Below are positions 36,738 through 45,735 of a stretch of DNA of 64,000 bases, in pieces. The position numbers and the translations under genes are program-made. The notes beneath the pieces were generated by a model. The model did not search any database, was not told the origin of the DNA, and saw only the letters and a list, made by a program, of their open reading frames with translations. The stretch lies in contig JAEEYP010000105.1 in assembly GCA_016288155.1 (NCBI GenBank), forward strand, positions 2,746 through 66,745, written 5' to 3'. Origin of the DNA: Clostridiales bacterium (GTDB taxonomy: Bacteria; Bacillota; Clostridia; Oscillospirales; CAG-272). How positions within the stretch are numbered: position 1 is the stretch's first letter; every line of letters begins with the position of its first letter.

Positions 36738-37607
36738 ATGGAAAACGGGAACAAGGAAAGAACGTATAAGATCACCTCGGACTGGCACATGCACACGGAG
36801 CACAGCTGCGACGAGGCCTGCATGAAAACGTCCGATCTGCCCGCCGAACAGCGGGCGAACGGCATCACCGATTTCGGCGTCACGGATCATCTCCACACGC
36901 ACTTGCAGGACGCCGATATCGCCCGGTCGCGCAAGGCGTACGACGAGGTGCTCGCCGCGCATCCGGAGCTGCGCGGCCGTTTCCACTTCGGCGTCGAAGC
37001 CTCCGTCATGTCCGAGTGGGAGGCCGATCGGATCGCCCGCGGCGACTACGTCGGATCCCCGATCTACGGCATACGCGAGGGATGCCCGAAAAACGCCAGG
37101 CCCTGGATCGGCGCGGACGCGGGATTCTGCGAAAAATACGGCGTCGAATACGTCGTCACCGGCGTCCACTGGCCGCTGTACGTCGGACACGACGCCGGGT
37201 ACGTCGTCGGCGAGTATTTCCGACAGTATCTCTTCGCCGCCGCCTTCCCGCAGACCGATATCCTGGCGCATTTTCTGTGGTGGAACCCGCTCGTCGGCGA
37301 CGTGGAGGCAAACCCCTTCTTCGACTTTCCCGCCGTCGTCAGTGAAAAGATGCGCGGGGAGCTGCAGGCGGCGCTTCTGGAGAACAACGTCGCGTTCGAG
37401 CTGAATCTCGGCGCCGTGATCCTGCCGTATCCGGAAAGCTTCCGCGACAGTTATCTCGGCTGGTGCGCGGATCTGCAGAACGCGGGCGTCACGCTCTCCG
37501 TCGGCAGCGACAACCACGATCTCCACGCCGACGGGCGCGTCTACCGTGAAGCGGAGGAGCATTTCAGGCATTACGGCATCGACGCCGGAAAATTCTTCTG
37601 CCTGTAA
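36738..37607 (+). CDS. PHP (histidinol-phosphatase-like) domain protein
   Basis: DWHMHTEHSCDE and VTDHLH PHP metal motifs. Confidence 0.7.
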   Translation: MENGNKERTYKITSDWHMHTEHSCDEACMKTSDLPAEQRANGITDFGVTDHLHTHLQDADIARSRKAYDEVLAAHPELRGRFHFGVEASVMSEWEADRIARGDYVGSPIYGIREGCPKNARPWIGADAGFCEKYGVEYVVTGVHWPLYVGHDAGYVVGEYFRQYLFAAAFPQTDILAHFLWWNPLVGDVEANPFFDFPAVVSEKMRGELQAALLENNVAFELNLGAVILPYPESFRDSYLGWCADLQNAGVTLSVGSDNHDLHADGRVYREAEEHFRHYGIDAGKFFCL

Positions 37608-37633
37608 AGGCGCGGATCGGAGAGAATACAAGG

Positions 37634-37663
37634 AAAACGCCGGGGGAACGCCCCCGGCGTTTT
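37634..37663. terminator. Bidirectional rho-independent terminator
   Basis: aaaacgccggggg / cccccggcgtttt. Confidence 0.85.
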
Positions 37664-37667
37664 CCCG

Positions 37668-39428
37668 TTACAGAACGAGAGTAAGGTTGTTCAGCCCCAG
37701 CGAATTGACGTAGTCCGCGTTCTTGACCATCTTCATGACCGTGCGGATCCCGAAATGCGCGCTCGGATCGTCCGACTTGTGCAGCTCCAGATAGCCGATC
37801 GGGTCGAAGTTCACGCAGTTGTCGCGGATACGGATCATCCGCTGACCGTTTTTGAAGAGCAGGCGGATATCGATCGTATGCTCGCGGTTGTCCTTCGTGA
37901 ACCCGTGCTTGACGATGTTCTCCGTCATTTCCTCGATGCAGATCGAGATCATCGAGCTGTTCCGCGGCGATTCGCCGTGGGCGAGGCAGAACGCCTGCGC
38001 CTTCTGCGACGCCTCGACCGCCTGGTAGGCGTTCCGTACGGTCATTTCCAGATAGTCCCCTTCTCTTGCGCCGAAATCCGTCCCAAGAAGGGAAAATGCC
38101 GCCGGCGTCAGCGAGACGGAACGGTTCTTTATCCACACGACGGCGCAGATGATGAGAAACGTCAGCGTTTCCCCGCACAGATAGCCGAGCCATACGCCGG
38201 TCGTGCCGAGGACGCGGCTGAGAAGGAACGCGGACAGCGCCGTGAAAGCGAAATTCTGCATCACGGAGATCGCTTCGGAGAAAGCGGTCCTATTCACGCC
38301 CTGGTAGTAATTCTTGAAGGTGGTGTTGAGGGCGCTGGGCAGAAGAGAGAGCGAGAACAGCCGCACGCCGAAGACCGCCATGGCGTACGCCTCCGGATTG
38401 TCGGTCAGGAACAGGCGGACGAGGAGCGGCGCCGACGCGAGCACGGCGGCGATGACCGCCAGATCCAGCACGACGGCGTAGAACGTCATCGTCCGTATGA
38501 GCGTATACAGCGCCGTCCGGTCCTCGTCGCCGTAGAAGATGGAGGACAAAAGCAGCGCGACGGAGGCGACGCCGGAGCCGAAGCAGTAGCAGATGTTGCC
38601 GACGGTGGAAACGACCGAGAACGCCGCCACGGCGAGATTCTGCCCGACCTGCAGAAGGATCTTGTTCAGAACGAACACCAGAAGCACGAGACTGATCTGG
38701 TTGACGACCGTGGGAACGCCGTACCGGAGAAGCGCCGCGCAGGTCCCGGCGTCGACCAGACGGGGACGGAGGCGGAACGTGCAGGCGCGCCGCACGAAGA
38801 ACAATAGCCCGATAACGAACGCGATATAGTAGCTCAGGCTGGATGCGAGCCCCATGCCGAAGGTGCCGCCGTGAAAGGCAAAGACGTTCAGGATATCGAA
38901 CAGGACGTCCGCCGCCGTCATCATGCCGACCGCCGCCACGACGCGCGCCCGGTTGCCGGAAAGCTGCAGGTAGGGCACCATGATCTGCGCGAAGAGAAAC
39001 GCGGGCGCGCCGATGATGAAGCCGCGGATATAATCCCGCGTCAGCCGGAACACCTCGTTTCCCGCCTCCGCCGTCCCGGCGCCGAGCATCGTGCAGATCG
39101 GATCGAGAAACAGAAGGACGGCGCTCAGGCCGACCGCGGACACGGCCGCCGCAAGGATGACCGACGCCGAATAGCAGGCGTTCGCCGCGTCCTTGTCGCC
39201 GCTGCCCATCGCCTTGCCGCACAGCACCTGTACGCCGGCGGAAAGCATGCTGCCGAACGCGGCGAACACGAGCAAAACCGGCGCCGCCAGCCCGTACGCG
39301 CTCATGGCGCCGACGCCGAGGAAGCGCCCGATCATGATGCTGTCGATCAGCATGCAGAGCATGACCGTCATGGAAGAAACGATCTGCGTCAGCAGCATTT
39401 GCCTGAATACTTTCCGAATCATCGTCAT
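37668..39428 (-). CDS. MATE family efflux transporter fused to a C-terminal GHKL (SpoIIAB/anti-sigma-kinase-like) ATPase-fold domain
   Basis: About 12 TM MATE core (MIRKVFRQMLLTQIVSS...DSIMIGRFLG). The last ~135 aa are soluble: ...ISICIEEMTENIVKHGF...IDIRLLF...IRIRDNCVNFDP.... The start is uncertain (39428 or 39422). Confidence 0.7.
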   Translation of the reverse strand: MTMIRKVFRQMLLTQIVSSMTVMLCMLIDSIMIGRFLGVGAMSAYGLAAPVLLVFAAFGSMLSAGVQVLCGKAMGSGDKDAANACYSASVILAAAVSAVGLSAVLLFLDPICTMLGAGTAEAGNEVFRLTRDYIRGFIIGAPAFLFAQIMVPYLQLSGNRARVVAAVGMMTAADVLFDILNVFAFHGGTFGMGLASSLSYYIAFVIGLLFFVRRACTFRLRPRLVDAGTCAALLRYGVPTVVNQISLVLLVFVLNKILLQVGQNLAVAAFSVVSTVGNICYCFGSGVASVALLLSSIFYGDEDRTALYTLIRTMTFYAVVLDLAVIAAVLASAPLLVRLFLTDNPEAYAMAVFGVRLFSLSLLPSALNTTFKNYYQGVNRTAFSEAISVMQNFAFTALSAFLLSRVLGTTGVWLGYLCGETLTFLIICAVVWIKNRSVSLTPAAFSLLGTDFGAREGDYLEMTVRNAYQAVEASQKAQAFCLAHGESPRNSSMISICIEEMTENIVKHGFTKDNREHTIDIRLLFKNGQRMIRIRDNCVNFDPIGYLELHKSDDPSAHFGIRTVMKMVKNADYVNSLGLNNLTLVL

Positions 39429-39520
39429 ACCTGTCGTCACGGATTTGCGCGGACCGAGCCGCACGCGGGGGGAACGTCTATATTATATCATTTTTCGACC
39501 CGTTTGTACAGATGTTTTTT

Positions 39521-40345
39521 TTACCGCTTCGCCGCGCGGCGGCTCTCCTCCGGCGCTTTCAGGATCGCGCGGATCACGGCGAACCGCGCGCGCATCGGCA
39601 GCATATCGAACAGAACGAGCCACGGACTGCGGTTCACGGAGTACGCAAAGCGCGGATCCTTCGCCCGCATGATGCGCCAGAGCTTTTGTGCGATCCGCTC
39701 GGGCGGCACGCGGCGCGCCTCGACCGAGCGCACGATGCGCGAGAAGCGCGCCGCGCTGACGGAGTACAGCGCCGTGCCGCGGCAGAACGCGTCGAGCTGC
39801 CGCTCGGATTCCCCGAGCATCCCCGTGTCGACGGCGCCCGCCCGGAGCACGGAAACCCGGATGCCGAGCAGCTGCAGCTCCATGCGCAGAGAGTAGGCGT
39901 ATTTGTCGAGCGCCGTTTTCGTGATCCCGTACAGACCGGTGAACGGGAGCGGATCCCGCACGGCGAGCTCGCTCGTCACGTGGATCACGCGCGCCCCCTG
40001 CTTGAGCAGCGGAAGAAACGTCCGGTTCACCAGATACGCGCCGCCGAGATTCACGGCGAACGCGCGCCCGAACCGCTCCGGCGGGATCTCGGCGAGCGAG
40101 TCGAGCAGATAGATCCCCGCCAGATGCAGAATCCCGGACAGCTCCCCCGCCTCGGCGCGCACGGCGTCCGCGGCGGCGGCGACGCTCTCCGCGTCGGTCA
40201 CGTCCGCCCGGAGCGGGACGACGTTCTCCCGCGCGGGGCATTCCTCCCGGTCGAGGGCGAACACGCGGTACCCGCGCGACGCGAAAAGCCCGACGGCAGC
40301 CTGCCCCATGCCGCCGCCCGCGCCCGTGATGAGTATCGATTCCAC
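39521..40345 (-). CDS. SDR family short-chain dehydrogenase/reductase
   Basis: GTG start at 40345 (VESILITGAGGGMG) with GGAAGGAGGG 6 nt upstream. Y..TK catalytic motif (YGITKTAL). Confidence 0.8.
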   Translation of the reverse strand: MESILITGAGGGMGQAAVGLFASRGYRVFALDREECPARENVVPLRADVTDAESVAAAADAVRAEAGELSGILHLAGIYLLDSLAEIPPERFGRAFAVNLGGAYLVNRTFLPLLKQGARVIHVTSELAVRDPLPFTGLYGITKTALDKYAYSLRMELQLLGIRVSVLRAGAVDTGMLGESERQLDAFCRGTALYSVSAARFSRIVRSVEARRVPPERIAQKLWRIMRAKDPRFAYSVNRSPWLVLFDMLPMRARFAVIRAILKAPEESRRAAKR

Positions 40346-40391
40346 CGGCGTTCCCTCCTTCCTCCCGCCGTCCGGCGGGAGTCTTTGTGCC

Positions 40392-40420
40392 ATTATAGCA
40401 GACCGGGCGCGATTTTGCAA
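40392..40420 (-). promoter_or_regulatory. Promoter TTGCAA-17-TATAAT for the SDR gene
   Basis: The reverse complement reads cTTGCAAaatcgcgcccggtctgcTATAATgg. Confidence 0.65.
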
Positions 40421-40535
40421 GAGGGCGGCGCGAAATGTTCCGCCGAAGGGACGGCGCCCCCCCGTCCCGCGGCGTCCGGATACAATATATTGAGGCAAAG
40501 CGCCCCACCTCCGCGTCAACCCCGCGCGGAGGCCG

Positions 40536-40551
40536 GATAACGCGCGTTATC
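40536..40551. repeat. Perfect 16-bp palindrome GATAACGCGCGTTATC at the high-GC/low-GC boundary
   Basis: Read directly; it is its own reverse complement. Confidence 0.9.
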
Positions 40552-40645
40552 GTTCCCGGCGGCGGCTCATATATATAATGAAAAGAACGGACCGTCCGTC
40601 CGCAAAAAAAACTCGAAACAGTATGAACTTTTTTTTGAAAAACTC

Positions 40646-40673
40646 TTGCAATTCCGCGATTATGTGGTATAAT
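40646..40673 (+). promoter_or_regulatory. Promoter TTGCAA-16-TATAAT (TG-extended) for the LRR gene
   Basis: cTTGCAAttccgcgattatgtggTATAATata. Confidence 0.6.
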
Positions 40674-40733
40674 ATAGGCGTATGTATATGGGGACATATA
40701 TGTATCCACAATTTTACGGAGGTTTTTACAGCG

Positions 40734-42113
40734 ATGAAAAAGAGAATTCTCAGCATTTGCCTGGCGCTGGTAATGGTGCTGGGACTGACGCCGGTGGTGA
40801 TTGCCGAATCAGGAACTGGTTGGTCATATAGTGGTGGAACACTAGAGATCGAACAAGATGGCTATAACCCGGATGACTTCGCAAGTTTTGCAAGCAGTGT
40901 TACTACAGTAAAGATCGATCAGGGCGTCAATACAATCGTAGCGTATTCTTTCAAGAATATGAAGAATCTTACCACCGTTACGTGGGGTGCACACGGCAAC
41001 GGCAACTCTCAGCATATTGTAAATATCGGCGATGGCGCTTTTGAAGGCTGCACGAATCTTACGTCCTTTGTTCTGCCTGGTAAAACTTCAACACTAGAAA
41101 CGGTTGGAGAAAACGCTTTCAGTGGTTGCTCGAGCCTTACTACGGTTGATCTGAAAAAATCAAATAATGTTTCGTTCGGTCCCGGCGCGTTTGACGGCTG
41201 CTCCAGCCTCACGACGTTTAACTACAATGGGAGCAATGGTCCGGATGTGAACAACCTCCTTCCCGCGGTCATGGGCGATCATAGGCTCATGCTTTCCGAT
41301 ATGATCGGCGTGATGTTCCATATCAGTATTCCGGCTTGTATCGAAGATCCGTCTACCGTCAGCGTTAAGTTCACTGTCGGTCCTGATGATACAGTCAATA
41401 GGGAAGTCACCGTATCTGCAACTCCGAATATTCCGGGTTCCAGCGCACGTGAGGCTTATTTTAACTGCGAGATCAACCCGCTTGAGATGGGCGATACGAT
41501 CACCGCGCATATCATCGTCGGCACCGAGGAAAAGGGAACGGCCAAGTCTTATACCGCGCTGAAGGCCATCATGGATTATAAGTTGGCATATCCCAGCGGA
41601 GATATTTATGATCTCGTCGACGCGCTTCACGCTTACGGTTACTTCATTTATCAGGCAAGAAACGATATCAACGACGGCAAACAGCATGCGGAGATTTCTG
41701 ATGTGATTGTTGACGGAGATACCAGCGTGGGTTTGACTTTGTCTTCCATTGATCTTGATGAAGTTAAGTCTGCGGTTGCGCAGTATGCACCTATCCGTTC
41801 GGTTCCGGATGGTGTTACCGCTCGCTGCGTGCTCAACCTGAACCTCTATGCCAGAACCAATCTGGTAGTCAAAGTCAATGATGTTGTCAAGTCTCGTGGT
41901 GATATCGGCCCCGGTGATCTTGATGATTTTTCCAGTAACGCTGCGTTGTTTACTTTTGACGACGAGGTCACGGTGAGAGCTTGCGTCCTGTCTTACGTTT
42001 ACATCTCACTTGCTAATCCCAACAATGCAAACAAGACTGATAAGTTGACGGCTATTGCGGCATTGTATTATTACAATCAGGCTGCTAATACCTATCTCGC
42101 GAACAATCCGTAA
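40734..42113 (+). CDS. Secreted BspA-type leucine-rich-repeat protein with an uncharacterised C-terminal domain
   Basis: GGAGG at 40718. Signal peptide MKKRILSICLALVMVLGLTPVVIA. Repeats IGDGAFEGCTNLTS / VGENAFSGCSSLTT / GPGAFDGCSSLTT. GC content and codon usage are clearly lower than in the flanks. Confidence 0.75.
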   Translation: MKKRILSICLALVMVLGLTPVVIAESGTGWSYSGGTLEIEQDGYNPDDFASFASSVTTVKIDQGVNTIVAYSFKNMKNLTTVTWGAHGNGNSQHIVNIGDGAFEGCTNLTSFVLPGKTSTLETVGENAFSGCSSLTTVDLKKSNNVSFGPGAFDGCSSLTTFNYNGSNGPDVNNLLPAVMGDHRLMLSDMIGVMFHISIPACIEDPSTVSVKFTVGPDDTVNREVTVSATPNIPGSSAREAYFNCEINPLEMGDTITAHIIVGTEEKGTAKSYTALKAIMDYKLAYPSGDIYDLVDALHAYGYFIYQARNDINDGKQHAEISDVIVDGDTSVGLTLSSIDLDEVKSAVAQYAPIRSVPDGVTARCVLNLNLYARTNLVVKVNDVVKSRGDIGPGDLDDFSSNAALFTFDDEVTVRACVLSYVYISLANPNNANKTDKLTAIAALYYYNQAANTYLANNP

Positions 42114-42152
42114 GGTTTACGTTTCAGTATATTTCTGAAAGGAGAAATCACA

Positions 42153-42254
42153 ATGGAAAAGTACGAAAGTCTTGTTTTGGAGATCCTCTATATTGAAACC
42201 GACGATATTATCATTACTTCTGGTGATATGGATCCCGGTGATGAGGAGTTCTGA
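42153..42254 (+). CDS. Mini-ORF 1 (33 aa): MEKYESLVLEILYIETDDIIITSGDMDPGDEEF
   Basis: RBS gaaaGGAGaaatcaca precedes the ATG. The N-terminal 24 aa are homologous to mini-ORF 2. Too short for the ORF track. Confidence 0.55.
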   Translation: MEKYESLVLEILYIETDDIIITSGDMDPGDEEF

Positions 42255-42305
42255 GGAAACCCTCATAAACAACGATCCGTAAACCGATCAAGCAAACTTG
42301 AAATG

Positions 42306-42340
42306 CCAGTCAGGTTTAACCATAATCTGACTGGTGTTTC
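42306..42340 (+). other. Hairpin between the two mini-ORFs (possible partial terminator/attenuator)
   Basis: ccagtcag / ctgactgg 8-bp stem, 13-nt loop, then tgtttcatt. Confidence 0.35.
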
Positions 42341-42386
42341 ATTACAGAGACAGCGCACCCATACCGATAGGAAAGGGGTTCAGACC

Positions 42387-42572
42387 TTGGAAGAATATGA
42401 AGTTCTTAATATCGAGATCATAAGTTTTGACTCGGCTGATATGATCCTGACAAGCGGATACACATACGTCAGCGGGGACGAAAGCGATACCACTGCCGAA
42501 ACCACCGGCGGCAGCGGCGGCGGCACCGGCACCGGCGGCGGGAACGGAACGATTATTCTTCCGCCTGTCTGA
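42387..42572 (+). CDS. Mini-ORF 2 (61 aa, TTG start): MEEYEVLNIEIISFDSADMILTSG... with a Gly/Thr-rich tail GGSGGGTGTGGGNGTIILPPV
   Basis: RBS aGGAAAGGGG lies 8 nt before the TTG. The start was chosen by alignment to mini-ORF 1 and is in frame within ORF 42303..42572. Confidence 0.5.
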   Translation: MEEYEVLNIEIISFDSADMILTSGYTYVSGDESDTTAETTGGSGGGTGTGGGNGTIILPPV

Positions 42573-42655
42573 CGCTTGCCCCTCTTCCTCACTGTCCTTT
42601 CATACCGTCGTCAGCCGCACTCCGCGTTATCCATTCACGCGCTGCGATCCGACGC

Positions 42656-42688
42656 GCCGGTCAGGCAGCAACGCCTGACCGGCTTTTT
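42656..42688 (+). terminator. Rho-independent terminator closing the LRR/mini-ORF unit
   Basis: gccggtcaggc / gcctgaccggc stem, then TTTTT. Confidence 0.85.
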
Positions 42689-42717
42689 CCTTCCTTCCCT
42701 GCCCGTCCGCCCCGCGG

Positions 42718-42764
42718 CAAAAAGATCCGCCGGGAGAAGGCGTCGCCTTCTCCCGGCGGTTTTC
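42718..42764. terminator. Bidirectional terminator (serves the minus-strand GH35 operon)
   Basis: ccgccgggagaagg / ccttctcccggcgg stem, flanked by aaaaa and tttt. Confidence 0.85.
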
Positions 42765-42804
42765 GCTTGCGTCCTTCCCTGCCCGGCGTCCGCCCGGCGC
42801 GCTC

Positions 42805-44910
42805 TTACACGACGCGGTAGATCTGACAGTTCTTGCGGTCGATATCGAGCGAGACGCGCCCGTCCTTCACGTCCGCGTCCGATTCCTCCGTGAGGCAGAT
42901 CAGCTTTTTGCAGGGGACGGAGAACGTCAACTCGAACGAGTGCGCGTCCGGGTAATGGTTGAGCACGAACAGGATCCTCTCGCCCGTCTCCTCACTGACC
43001 TGCAGCACGGCGGAGCCGAGCATCCGGTCCTGCCGGTACACGCCGAGGCCGCCGCCGGACTTCCAGTCGACCCACTGCTGTCCCTCGCACGTGATCCGCA
43101 CGGCGGGCGTCACGCCCGCGTCTGCGAGGATCTTCCCGAAGGCTTCGATGGTCTCCGGCGGATCCTCCTCGCACGCCGCCTGCGCCATGTAATCGCCGAC
43201 CACGACGACGCGCCCGCCGCCGAGCGGATTCTCACCGCGCCGCAGACCGCCGAGGAAGCGGCACGCCTCCCCCGTCTCATACTGCGTCGGGAGAGGTCCG
43301 GTGACGACGAGGATGCCGCCGCTCTGCACGTACCGCCGCAGCTTATCCTCCGTTTCCGCCGCGATCACGGGGGAGCCGGGATATACGGCGAGCGGCGTCT
43401 TGTACAGCGCCGCGTCCCCGTGCAGGATATCCACCGCCGCCGCCTGCACGCCGTTGTGCTCCGCCAGGCGGAACAGCCCCATGTATTCGAGCGACGCCTT
43501 GCCGCACGGCACGCCGTCGATAGACGGCTTTCCCACGGGGAAGGTGGAGTCGTTGCAGGGCATCGGATCGCCGATGGTCGTATGGATGTGGGCGGTCAGA
43601 TCGTAGATGACGGCGATGTCGTTCACCGGCTTCATGCTCTCCCAGCCTTTGATCTTGTCAAAAAGGATCACCGGCGTCTCAGAAAGCACGTCCAGGCTGG
43701 GACGCTTATGTCCGAAGAGCGACACGGGGGAATCGTTCCACACGTCGCGGTCGTGGAACATATACCACTGGATCGCCTTGCACCCGTGCGCCAGCGCGCA
43801 TCTCGCCATGAACCGCATGTGGTCGTCGGACACTCTGCCGCCGAGGACTTTGTTCCACGTACCCGCCATGAATTCGGCGCTGTAGGGGAAGCGCAGCGTA
43901 TCGGTCATCAGCTTCATGACGCGCGCCATCGACTGATACCCGGAATAGCTCATGAAGGTGCCGCGGTAAAAATCGTACCCCGTGATCCCGCGGGTCGCCG
44001 CCTCGAAATCGGGCATGCGGGTGGGCACGCCCTCCGGCAGGTGCGGGTCGTAATTCGTCATGAAGATACAGTTGTCCGGCGTGATGCCGTTCGCCTCGTG
44101 CATGCCGCGCAGTTCTTCGATAAAGCGGCACATGATCCACGTCTGGAACTTCACCCAGTCCGCGTAATAGGCAAAGTCGCCGTCGATGCTCTCCGGCACG
44201 GAACGCGGCGCGGGGACGTCCTCGAACGCCTTATATTTCGCGGCGTAGGGCAGCTTCTCCGGCGTGCCGTAGATCATTTTCAGATACTGATGATAGTATC
44301 CGCCCGGCGCCACGTTGACGGGGTTGTAGTCCGAGTCCAGAAAAGAATCACGGCAGATATAGGAGATCTCGTTGTCCAGATTGATCATCGTGATGCAGCC
44401 GCCGTTGACTTTCAGATGCGGATAGATGATCTTATCGACCTCGTTGATCCACTTCCGGCACCAGTCCAGATAGACGGGGTGCATGTACGACGGCTGCCAG
44501 CTTCCGCCCGGCTTGGCGATCCAGTATCCCTGCGTCGGCTCATCCTGCGCGTTCAGCGCGAAGATCTCCTTTACCTCCGTCACGAGAAATTCCGGGCATC
44601 CGCCATACGGGAGCTCCGCGCAGCAGAACGGTCCGCAGCGGAAATTCATGTTCAGCCCGTATTTCTCGATCAGCTCCAGAAAATACAGCAGATTCAGTTT
44701 CGGATCGGTCTCTCCCGTAAAATCCAGCACACCGGCGGGATGCGCTTCATCCGGCGGTCCGACGATATGCTTCTCCCACGGTACGTACGCGTTGACCGTC
44801 CGCAGACCGGACTCCGCGAAAGTACGGACGATGCGTTCCCAATGCTTCGGCGCCACGTGGAAATACTGGATCTCCGCGCCGAATATTTCTTTAGCCCGAA
44901 TGTCCATCAT
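42805..44910 (-). CDS. Glycoside hydrolase family 35 beta-galactosidase-like enzyme
   Basis: EIQYFHV..KHWE...GLRTVNAYVPWEKH...G..DF.G..D...FL....KYGL....R.GPF.CAE...GG.P.. matches the GH35 N-terminal signature. The start is 44910 or 44907. Confidence 0.7.
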   Translation of the reverse strand: MMDIRAKEIFGAEIQYFHVAPKHWERIVRTFAESGLRTVNAYVPWEKHIVGPPDEAHPAGVLDFTGETDPKLNLLYFLELIEKYGLNMNFRCGPFCCAELPYGGCPEFLVTEVKEIFALNAQDEPTQGYWIAKPGGSWQPSYMHPVYLDWCRKWINEVDKIIYPHLKVNGGCITMINLDNEISYICRDSFLDSDYNPVNVAPGGYYHQYLKMIYGTPEKLPYAAKYKAFEDVPAPRSVPESIDGDFAYYADWVKFQTWIMCRFIEELRGMHEANGITPDNCIFMTNYDPHLPEGVPTRMPDFEAATRGITGYDFYRGTFMSYSGYQSMARVMKLMTDTLRFPYSAEFMAGTWNKVLGGRVSDDHMRFMARCALAHGCKAIQWYMFHDRDVWNDSPVSLFGHKRPSLDVLSETPVILFDKIKGWESMKPVNDIAVIYDLTAHIHTTIGDPMPCNDSTFPVGKPSIDGVPCGKASLEYMGLFRLAEHNGVQAAAVDILHGDAALYKTPLAVYPGSPVIAAETEDKLRRYVQSGGILVVTGPLPTQYETGEACRFLGGLRRGENPLGGGRVVVVGDYMAQAACEEDPPETIEAFGKILADAGVTPAVRITCEGQQWVDWKSGGGLGVYRQDRMLGSAVLQVSEETGERILFVLNHYPDAHSFELTFSVPCKKLICLTEESDADVKDGRVSLDIDRKNCQIYRVV

Positions 44911-44978
44911 TTTCCTCCCGGATGGTCTTTCCGTTTTCCGTATGATCCCGCGGCCGTCTCCCCGACCGCTATGACGGA

Positions 44979-45644
44979 TCAAAGATTCAGCAAAAAGTGA
45001 TACAGCAGGTTCGCGATCCGCTCGTGCCCGGCGTCGTTCGGATGGAGTCCGTCCGGGCAGTACGCCTCGGCGAGCAGCGGGACGCGCGGCTGGATGCCGC
45101 TCAGCGTATGCAGATCCAGCACGGGCAGAGCATACCATGCCGCCGCCGCTTTGATGATGTCCACGTAGGTGGACAGGGTGACGACCCGGTCTCCGTTCTC
45201 TTCGATGACTTTATGATTGTCCTCGGAGGAGCAGTGGAGCGGGGTCATGATGACGATCGTCTTGCCGAGAAAACGCTCCAGCAGACGGTTCATCAGATAA
45301 TGGCAGGCGCCCCAGAAGGTATCCGGGGTACGGTCGTCCGGCGTGCCGAGCGGTGCGTCCCCGTGCCCGAAGTCGTTGGTGCCGCCGAAGACCACGATGA
45401 TGTCAGCGTCCCCGTCGATGTCCTCGACACGTTTGCAGAAATCGTCGTCCCAGTACGAAAATTCCGGCGGCGACGGCTTGCGCTGCCGGGCGATGCGCGT
45501 CCCGCACAGACCGCAGTTCTGTACCTCGGACAGTCCGGCCATCTCTTCCAGCCGGAACATATACAATTTTCTCCAATCGGAGACGCCGACGCCGTGCGTG
45601 ATGCTGTCTCCGATAAACGCGGCTTTTTTCCCCTGAAGTTCCAT
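44979..45644 (-). CDS. SGNH/GDSL hydrolase (esterase)
   Basis: AAFIGDSITHG block I, GGTND block III, DGLHPN block V. Confidence 0.8.
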   Translation of the reverse strand: MELQGKKAAFIGDSITHGVGVSDWRKLYMFRLEEMAGLSEVQNCGLCGTRIARQRKPSPPEFSYWDDDFCKRVEDIDGDADIIVVFGGTNDFGHGDAPLGTPDDRTPDTFWGACHYLMNRLLERFLGKTIVIMTPLHCSSEDNHKVIEENGDRVVTLSTYVDIIKAAAAWYALPVLDLHTLSGIQPRVPLLAEAYCPDGLHPNDAGHERIANLLYHFLLNL

Positions 45645-45735
45645 TGCTTACTCTCCTTTTCTTCGCCCGCGGAAACGCGGCGGTCTTTTATGATTTTTAT
45701 AACTGAACTGATCCGTTCCCCGTTCCGACGACGGT

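Noticed and set aside
40346-42804. Mobile-element genes (integrase, transposase, terminal inverted or direct repeats) bounding the low-GC island.
   Set aside because: None found. The only boundary feature is a single palindrome on one side, so horizontal origin is inferred from composition only.
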